From a bacterium (GTDB taxonomy: Bacteria > Patescibacteriota > Saccharimonadia > Saccharimonadales > JACDBH01): a stretch of 52,649 nt of DNA. The notes under the pieces are model-generated. The model did not search any database. It saw nothing but the letters and a program-made list of their open reading frames with translations, and had not been told where the DNA came from. Position numbers and translations under genes: made by a program. Positions 46,189 to 52,649 of the stretch are shown piece by piece. The stretch covers positions 1-52,649 of the forward strand of contig JAKQIK010000045.1 in the NCBI GenBank assembly GCA_029557395.1, read 5' to 3'. The first letter of the stretch is position 1, and each line of letters begins with the position of its first letter.

Positions 46189-46833
46189 ATGTTGGACTCA
46201 AGCAAAACACACAGTCTTTTGATAGAGCTTTTTGACTCAGGCACTCACTTGACGTACAAAAAAGGCGAGTTTATTTTGCGCCCAGGAGAATCACCTTCTG
46301 GGGTTTTTTATATCAAAACCGGCTTTGTCAAAGCCTATGACATCACAAAATATGGCGAAGAAAACTTATTAATTATTAGAAAAGAAAAAGAAATCTTCCC
46401 ACTAATTTGGGCCATTACTGGTCAAGAGCGTAGCATCATATACCAAGCACTTAGTGACGTATCTGTTCTACGGATAGACCGGAAATCATTGATTCAGCTC
46501 ATCAAAGATAAACCCAGTGTGCTCGAACCGCTACTGACTATGACAGTCGAGATGTACAGAATTCACAGTGAACGGATAATCAACCTAGAATATCGCACTG
46601 TCAAAGAAAGACTCATATCCTTTTTGCTGACGATGAGCCAGCGTTTTGGTCAAAAAAAGCTCAACACAGCAATAATCAACGTACCTCTCAGACACCAAGA
46701 CATAGCGAGCTCCATCAATGCGTCCAGGGAAACTACCTCCAGAGAATTATCAGCACTGGAAAAAAATGGTCTGATTTGCACCGATGGCCTGGTCAAGCTA
46801 AATGATGTAAAAAAACTTAAATCTTTTCTCTGA
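46189..46833 (+). CDS. Crp/Fnr-family transcriptional regulator
   Basis: YKKGEFI...VFYIKTGFVK cNMP-binding fold; HQDIASSINASRETTSREL HTH. Confidence 0.93.
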   Translation: MLDSSKTHSLLIELFDSGTHLTYKKGEFILRPGESPSGVFYIKTGFVKAYDITKYGEENLLIIRKEKEIFPLIWAITGQERSIIYQALSDVSVLRIDRKSLIQLIKDKPSVLEPLLTMTVEMYRIHSERIINLEYRTVKERLISFLLTMSQRFGQKKLNTAIINVPLRHQDIASSINASRETTSRELSALEKNGLICTDGLVKLNDVKKLKSFL

Positions 46834-46839
46834 TAGATC

Positions 46840-47562
46840 TTAGCTCAACTTTTTTAACAAATAAAACCTCTCTGTATTTCCCTTTGCCCCACTAACCTGA
46901 CTATCTGATTTCTTGATTATCACAAAAAAATCTTTGAGCCAACGTTCAAAATCTTTGAGGATATCTCGTCGTATTTTGTCGTTTTTTATCACACCTTTGT
47001 GCCTTGACGAGCTACCAGACTCAAACTGTGGCTTACACATTGCCACAATTTGTGTATGTTTGTTGGATATTTTCTCTACATGAGGCAGGATCTCTCTCAG
47101 AGAAATAAAACTAACATCCATTACGACAATATCTGGAATAACTGAAGGTGCGAAATTACGAATATCAGTCTGCTCATGAAGCTCTATACTAGGATTACCC
47201 CGTAGGGTTGGATGTAACTGTTCGGTACCAACATCCACGGCTATTACCTTTTTTGCCCCATGCCTAAGTGCATACTCGGTAAATCCACCGGTACTACTAC
47301 CTACATCCAGCACTACCTTGTCTGAAAAATCCAAGCCCAGGCTTTGTGCCACGCTCGATAGCTTTAGTCCGGCACGGCTAACATACTGCTCTGTTGCTAA
47401 CAACTTTATCTCGTCATCACTAGACACAACCGTACCAGATTTATTGATTATTTTGCCGTTGACTTGTACCTGAGATAATTTGATAAAACTCTCGGCCTGA
47501 CTACGGCTAGCTACTAGCCCCTTTGCTACCATAATCTTATCTAACCGATTTTTCTCTGACAT
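46840..47562 (-). CDS. tlyA: TlyA-family rRNA methyltransferase
   Basis: S4 domain RLD...SRSQA, YVSRAGLKL, DVGSSTGGFT, DVSFISL, KPQFE, GAKGNTE. Confidence 0.94.
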   Translation of the reverse strand: MSEKNRLDKIMVAKGLVASRSQAESFIKLSQVQVNGKIINKSGTVVSSDDEIKLLATEQYVSRAGLKLSSVAQSLGLDFSDKVVLDVGSSTGGFTEYALRHGAKKVIAVDVGTEQLHPTLRGNPSIELHEQTDIRNFAPSVIPDIVVMDVSFISLREILPHVEKISNKHTQIVAMCKPQFESGSSSRHKGVIKNDKIRRDILKDFERWLKDFFVIIKKSDSQVSGAKGNTERFYLLKKLS

Positions 47563-47571
47563 ATTAATCTA

Positions 47572-48012
47572 TCAAGCTGATCTAGTTATCTTGATAGCTT
47601 TACGCCTAATATATGTTCTCATCAACACCAAAACAACTGCCGACCAAAAAAGTATATTAGCGAAGAAAGCACCTATCTCATAATGAGTGGATGAGACAGT
47701 CTTGATAGCACGGCCATTTTCACATATCGGCACTCGGCTAGTCTGAACATAAGACAGAGGAAAACCTCGTTCATCAACTGATATCCTTGGCGTACTACTC
47801 GTAAATGCCTCGCCAACACAAGTATCAAAATATCTATTAATATTATCGTTTATCTGTATACCACTATTGGTGCTGAGATTAAATCCAATTATCACCAGAG
47901 ACACAAAGGTCAAACACACGCCAATTACAAATGCTTTGACCAACCTAATCCTCAGGAGTCTGTCAGTCAGTGATTGCTTGTCATCACCATCAATTATTTT
48001 GTCTTTTGCCAT
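47572..48012 (-). CDS. hypothetical membrane protein
   Basis: Two TM helices flanking an ERGFP loop. Start moved to MAKDK to avoid overlap with efp. Confidence 0.65.
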   Translation of the reverse strand: MAKDKIIDGDDKQSLTDRLLRIRLVKAFVIGVCLTFVSLVIIGFNLSTNSGIQINDNINRYFDTCVGEAFTSSTPRISVDERGFPLSYVQTSRVPICENGRAIKTVSSTHYEIGAFFANILFWSAVVLVLMRTYIRRKAIKITRSA

Positions 48013-48049
48013 ACCAAATATTGTACTCTCTTTGTTAGTTTTGTTAGAA

Positions 48050-48616
48050 TTAATCCTTTTTTCGCTCTCTATACGCGCCACTAGAAGTATCGACAGAAAT
48101 AATATCCCCTTGCTTAATAAAGGCTGGTACTTTTACTACTACACCCGTTTCGAGTGTTGCGTCTTTGAGTACCGAACTAGTTGTATCACCCTTGACGACA
48201 TCTTCGGCATAAGTAACCTCAAGATATACGTTTTTTGGTAACTCAACATTTATCACCCTGCCGTCAAACAGTTGTGCCTGAACATTATCTCCTTCTTTCA
48301 AGTAGCCAGACTGATCACCAATGATATCTCTGGCTATCTCAAACTGCTCAAAAGTATCGTTATTCATAAAGTAAAAAATTTCGCCATCATTATATAGATA
48401 TTGGACTGTTTGATTAGATACGTCAGCTGGTTCAATTGACTCATTACCCTTGAAAGTTTTAGACAAAACTTTACCATCTATCAAACTCTTAATTTTGACG
48501 TTGACGATAGAACCGCCCCGTCCCATTACCTTTTGCGAATATTCGACTACCCTAAATGGTTCGCCATCAAGCTGGAAAATCTGTCCTTTTTTGAGATCCG
48601 TTATTCCAAATGCCAT
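48050..48616 (-). CDS. efp: elongation factor P
   Basis: DLKKG, loop VMGRGG, KGDT, LETG, VPAFI...GD...VDT...Y.ER. Confidence 0.95.
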   Translation of the reverse strand: MAFGITDLKKGQIFQLDGEPFRVVEYSQKVMGRGGSIVNVKIKSLIDGKVLSKTFKGNESIEPADVSNQTVQYLYNDGEIFYFMNNDTFEQFEIARDIIGDQSGYLKEGDNVQAQLFDGRVINVELPKNVYLEVTYAEDVVKGDTTSSVLKDATLETGVVVKVPAFIKQGDIISVDTSSGAYRERKKD

Positions 48617-48618
48617 AG

Positions 48619-48936
48619 TTAAGTAACTTTCTCCTTTTCTATAGATGCCCAGATGTCGTCAACATACTTATAATAATCAGCTGCTTCATTTTGACCAATC
48701 AAGCCCGTCAAATTGGCTGTATCGATAGCCTTAGAGACATCATCGTAAGCACGCATAATATCATCATAACTGGCTTCTTCCTTGAGTAAATCAATTAATG
48801 CTACGATACATTTCTTGAGATCAGCCAGTACTGACTGATTAGATGTATTGCCAAATACGGCCGCAACATCGTTTAGATTAATATTGCCGACCTTACTAAA
48901 CAATTCGCTGGTTTTTGAGATAGATTCTTTATACAT
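48619..48936 (-). CDS. hypothetical protein
   Basis: 105-aa ORF tightly packed in the operon. Confidence 0.7.
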   Translation of the reverse strand: MYKESISKTSELFSKVGNINLNDVAAVFGNTSNQSVLADLKKCIVALIDLLKEEASYDDIMRAYDDVSKAIDTANLTGLIGQNEAADYYKYVDDIWASIEKEKVT

Positions 48937-48940
48937 ACTT

Positions 48941-49273
48941 CTATTCTAACCGTTCTTTGATAATTTCGGTAATCGCACTAAGATGAGCCACATCAACAAC
49001 ATCGACCAAATCATACTGACTAGCTATCAAAATCAGCTCATTGAGGCTCTTGACCTGCTTGATACCGGCCGACAAATACTTAGCTTTGTCAGCCGTATCA
49101 TCGCTCGTACTATATTTAATTATATTAATTCTCAGCGATTCAGTCGCCTCACGCAAATCAAGCATTGCTTCACGCTCTTTTTTGTTCATAGTATTGAGGT
49201 TTTTTGCCATTGGCAAATTCATCACATACCGTTCTAGCTTACGAACTTCATTGTTCAGAGAAAAACTAGCCAT
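48941..49273 (-). CDS. hypothetical protein
   Basis: 110-aa helical ORF tightly packed after rpsR. Confidence 0.7.
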   Translation of the reverse strand: MASFSLNNEVRKLERYVMNLPMAKNLNTMNKKEREAMLDLREATESLRINIIKYSTSDDTADKAKYLSAGIKQVKSLNELILIASQYDLVDVVDVAHLSAITEIIKERLE

Positions 49274-49279
49274 CTATTA

Positions 49280-49483
49280 CTAACTATTAGCAACAAATGG
49301 CAGTAAAGCAAGGTGTCTAGCACGCTTGATAGCAGCCGACAATTGCCTCTGTTGGCTCTCAGTTAGGCCAGTTTTTTTACGGGTCTCAATCTGACCAAAC
49401 TGGTTTACGTATCGTTGCAATGTTTTGAAATCTTTGTGATCAAAATATGCTACGTCTGTTCTGTGTTTAAAAATCTTTGCCAT
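49280..49483 (-). CDS. rpsR: 30S ribosomal protein S18 (no Zn cysteines)
   Basis: FDHKD...L.RY...GQI..RKKTG...QRQLSAAIKRARHLALLPF. Confidence 0.95.
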   Translation of the reverse strand: MAKIFKHRTDVAYFDHKDFKTLQRYVNQFGQIETRKKTGLTESQQRQLSAAIKRARHLALLPFVANS

Positions 49484-49637
49484 AGTAAATTTCCTCCGGA
49501 AAAATATTTAATATTTAAAATTTAATAGTTGATATCTGTAGTAAATTAACCTAAGCTCAAAAAAACTCGCTTATCTATAGATTCTATATATTTACTTTTA
49601 TTGAGATTATCCAAGTGCCTGTCGACAAGTTTTAGGT

Positions 49638-49750
49638 AATTTTGGCTAGTGCAGTCTGGAGTGTAGGTCGAGCACAAAATCCGAGCTGTATTTAATATAC
49701 AGTGAAGATTTTTGGCGCAAAACCTACACCCAGAATGTGCAACCAAAATT
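49638..49750. repeat. 113-nt imperfect palindrome between ssb and rpsR
   Basis: Nested pairs AATTTTGG/CCAAAATT, TGCA/TGCA, TCTGG/CCAGA, GTGTAGGT/ACCTACAC, AAAATC/GATTTT, CTGTAT/ATACAG. Confidence 0.75.
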
Positions 49751-49752
49751 GG

Positions 49753-50223
49753 TTAAAATGGGATGTCGTCGAGGTTGATTGGCTCATCACCAATGTCTTC
49801 TATCACTACGTCATCCTTTTTCTTGGATGATGCAGAAGATGGAGATTCACCGCCAGAATAGCCTTGTCCACCACCCTGGCTATCACCCTCACTACGTCCG
49901 CCGAGGAATGTCACATCCTGTGCGACTACTTCGACCTTGCTTCGTTTTTGACCATCCTGCTCCCAGCTACGAGATTGCAAGCGACCATTTACTAGACATG
50001 GGCGACCTTTGCTAAGATACTGTGATACTCGTTCACCCAATGGGCCCCAGGCAACTATATCAATATAGTCCGTTGCCTCTTGCCAGTTACCGTCTTGTCC
50101 CTTAAAGCTACGATTAAGTGCCAAGCTAAAGCTACAGACACTTTGCCCACTTGGAATAGTTCTAAGCTCTGGATCCCTGGTTAGGTTTCCCATTAAAATC
50201 ACTTGGTTGAAACTACGTGCCAT
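49753..50223 (-). CDS. ssb: single-stranded DNA-binding protein
   Basis: NQVILMGNLTRDPELR OB fold; C-terminal DDIPF. Confidence 0.97.
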   Translation of the reverse strand: MARSFNQVILMGNLTRDPELRTIPSGQSVCSFSLALNRSFKGQDGNWQEATDYIDIVAWGPLGERVSQYLSKGRPCLVNGRLQSRSWEQDGQKRSKVEVVAQDVTFLGGRSEGDSQGGGQGYSGGESPSSASSKKKDDVVIEDIGDEPINLDDIPF

Positions 50224-50308
50224 ATGGCATCCTCCTTCTTATAGAAACTATGTTCTAATGATTATATTTGTATTCTTAAGTTACGCCTGCTTACACCAGC
50301 AGTCAAGT

Positions 50309-50698
50309 TTATTCTTCAGATTCAGTTTCGCTGTCGTCAGAATCATGTGATTCACTGCGAGCAGCGGCTTTTTCGGCTTTTTCAGCTTTTAGTGCTTCAG
50401 CCTTGGCTATCTTCTTTAGGTCTGGCTTGGTAATCAAAAAACGCACTACCTCATCTGTAATGTTCAGTGTATCGTTAATTTTTTGTACGGCCACACCTGG
50501 CAATTCAACAGTATAAAATACGTAAATCGCAAAGTCCTGCCCCTTGATAGGATAAGCCAGCTTTCGCTTGCCCCAATTATCGGTATTAGTAATTTTACCG
50601 CCATTATCAGCGATAATTTTTTCTACTTTTGCTGTTGCCTTTTCAAGGTCGATCTCTAGACCCTGATCATAAAGTACAGCAACTTCGTACTCTGCCAT
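50309..50698 (-). CDS. rpsF: 30S ribosomal protein S6
   Basis: YEV, WGKRKLAYPI, VVRFLI; rpsF-ssb-rpsR order. Confidence 0.96.
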   Translation of the reverse strand: MAEYEVAVLYDQGLEIDLEKATAKVEKIIADNGGKITNTDNWGKRKLAYPIKGQDFAIYVFYTVELPGVAVQKINDTLNITDEVVRFLITKPDLKKIAKAEALKAEKAEKAAARSESHDSDDSETESEE

Positions 50699-50880
50699 AT
50701 TTCTCCTTTGGCTTTAACCAAAAAATCAGCTATAAAACCTGCTAATTCTTCTGGTATCTTGGTTGCATACCTTAGAGTTGCAACCCAGAATTAGTTAATA
50801 ACAGATACGATTATACACCTTGGTAGCAAAATTTACAAGCTTCACTAGCAACAAAACACCCTAAGCTTAGAGGTAGCCAT

Positions 50881-52649
50881 TTAGGCTTCTTCTGGTTCGG
50901 CAATCATATCATCACCACCAAACACATCGTCCATACTATTTACCAAAACTTCACGTGGCCTTGAGCCGTCGGCCGGGCTAATTATCCCCTGTTCTTCCAT
51001 CTGTTCCATTAGTCTAGCAGCCTTTCCATAGCCAATCCTGAGCCGCCTCTGTAGTAAGCTGGTCGAAGCTTTGCGCGCTTCTAGCACCACATGTACAGCA
51101 TCTCTAAATTCAGCTTCATCGCCCTGCGAACCGTCATTGCTATAATCTGCTACCACTCCGCCCTTGCCAATCTGGACAGGCTGGCTAACAACCTCGTTAT
51201 CATATTGCGGTGGACGTTGCATGCGTAAGAAGTCCATCACAGCCATTGTTTCGTCATCGGTAATAAATGCACCCTGGACACGCTTTGGTCTAGGCATATC
51301 AGTTGTGGCAAATAGCATGTCTCCCATACCGAGCAATTTTTCTGCACCTACCGAATCAATGATGGTCCTAGAATCAACCTGGCTAGCCACAGTAAATGCA
51401 ATCCTAGCCGGCACATTGGCCTTGATAAGTCCAGTAATAACATCGACAGATGGCCTCTGCGTTGCCAGCACAAGGTGTATACCAACAGCCCTTGCCTTCT
51501 GAGCAATACGCACAATCAGCGCCTCGACATCGCGAGCAGCCATCATCATCAGATCCGCTAGCTCATCGATGACTATAACAATATATGGCATAGTCTGATC
51601 TTTGTTGGCCACGTTATAATCGGCAATGTTTCGCTTCTTGTTTCCAGCAAGTGTTTTGTATCGCCGCTCCATCTCTGCTACCGACCATTTGAGTGCACTG
51701 ATACATTTTTCTGGCTCAGTAATCACAGGCGTTAACAGATGTGGAATATCGGCATACGGAGCCATTTCAACCTGCTTAGGATCTACCAATATCAATTTGA
51801 GGTCCGATGGGCTATTGCGATAAAGCAAGCTTGTCAGCAATGTATTGACCATGACAGATTTACCAGAGCCAGTCTGACCAGCTACAAGCAAATGAGGCAT
51901 TTTGTCTAGCGCACCAACGATCGGTACACCGGCGATATCCTTGCCAATTACTACACCAAGTGGATTTGTGATTTTTTTCCAATCAGATGAGCTCAAAATA
52001 CTCGACACTCTAACAGTTGCTGATTTGACGTTTGGTACTTCGATACCTACGGCTTTTTTGCCCGGGATAGGCGCTTCCATACGTATGGCATTGGCCCCCA
52101 GATCCAGAGCAATATTACTATCAAGAGCAGTAATTTTACTCAGCTTGACACCGGCTGGTGGCTTGAGCGTATATTGTGTTACCCTTGGTCCAATATTTGC
52201 CCCTTCCATCTCTACCTGAATATTAAAGTTATGCAATGTCTCTTGAATAGTCATAGCATTGGCTTCGACATCACCGGGATCGGCTTTGTCTTGTTTTTGA
52301 TTGAGCAAATCCATACCTGGGAACTTCCAGTCGGGGTCACTAGATGTAGTTAACGCCGAATGATCCTCTTGCTTACTAAGCTTTAGTGGGGCCGAGTTTT
52401 TCATCACTGATTTACCGCCAGACCGACTGTGTTCTACCGGCACGCCTTCGTTAAGTTGAAAATTACGCTTGCTTGCCGCTGTGCTCAGATTGACCATATC
52501 GTCTTCTTCGTCGGTCTTTTCTCTGCGCTTAAATATTTTTGCTATATTTCCAAGTACTAAAGGCGATATACCAAAGCTAAAGAACATCGCCAGTACTGCT
52601 AAGGCCAAGAATAATATACTTGCAGGGATTGGACTGAGTGCCGACAGCA
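50881..52649 (-). CDS. ftsK: DNA translocase FtsK (5' end outside the window)
   Basis: MPHLLVAGQTGSGKS, IDELADLM, ATQRPSVDV, GAEKLLGMGDML, gamma domain STSLLQRRLRIGYGKAARL. The frame stays open to the window edge. Confidence 0.96.
   Translation of the reverse strand, partial: LSALSPIPASILFLALAVLAMFFSFGISPLVLGNIAKIFKRREKTDEEDDMVNLSTAASKRNFQLNEGVPVEHSRSGGKSVMKNSAPLKLSKQEDHSALTTSSDPDWKFPGMDLLNQKQDKADPGDVEANAMTIQETLHNFNIQVEMEGANIGPRVTQYTLKPPAGVKLSKITALDSNIALDLGANAIRMEAPIPGKKAVGIEVPNVKSATVRVSSILSSSDWKKITNPLGVVIGKDIAGVPIVGALDKMPHLLVAGQTGSGKSVMVNTLLTSLLYRNSPSDLKLILVDPKQVEMAPYADIPHLLTPVITEPEKCISALKWSVAEMERRYKTLAGNKKRNIADYNVANKDQTMPYIVIVIDELADLMMMAARDVEALIVRIAQKARAVGIHLVLATQRPSVDVITGLIKANVPARIAFTVASQVDSRTIIDSVGAEKLLGMGDMLFATTDMPRPKRVQGAFITDDETMAVMDFLRMQRPPQYDNEVVSQPVQIGKGGVVADYSNDGSQGDEAEFRDAVHVVLEARKASTSLLQRRLRIGYGKAARLMEQMEEQGIISPADGSRPREVLVNSMDDVFGGDDMIAEPEEA

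Noticed and set aside
49546..49746. 66-aa ORF between ssb and rpsR
   Set aside because: TTG start and coincides with the palindromic element; no protein features.

Overview
Bacterial chromosome segment whose gene content looks like Patescibacteria/CPR (Saccharibacteria-like): compact genes, a type IV pilus cluster with no secretin in the window, and many apparently leaderless genes. The left part (1-25.5 kb) holds tgt, nrdR, VKOR, a GT2 glycosyltransferase, three tRNAs (Asp, Thr, Arg), a SurA/PrsA-like foldase, ndk, a Xer recombinase and a pilM-N-O-B-T-C/pilin/pilD cluster interrupted by a VapBC-type toxin-antitoxin module. The centre (25585-43739, about 18.2 kb) is an integrative element inserted in the 5' end of ychF, bounded by a perfect 15-bp repeat (AATCGGTATTGTTGG). 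Its att site lies inside the 3' end of its own large serine recombinase gene. Integration therefore swaps a 35-aa C-terminal tail, left at the other end of the element, for 2 residues, and gives ychF a new start. The element carries a Fic-MerR fusion, an IS481-family IS, two more serine recombinases, a ParB-like gene, and a complete diversity-generating retroelement (DGR: target/VR, TR, avd, RT). The DGR has an unusual layout: avd is antisense and overlaps the RT start, structured RNA flanks TR on both sides, and mutagenesis is strongly A-to-G biased. The right part (43.7-52.6 kb) is housekeeping: ychF, Crp/Fnr regulator, tlyA, efp, rpsR, ssb, rpsF and ftsK. All calls come from reading motifs and aligning by hand; no database searches were run.
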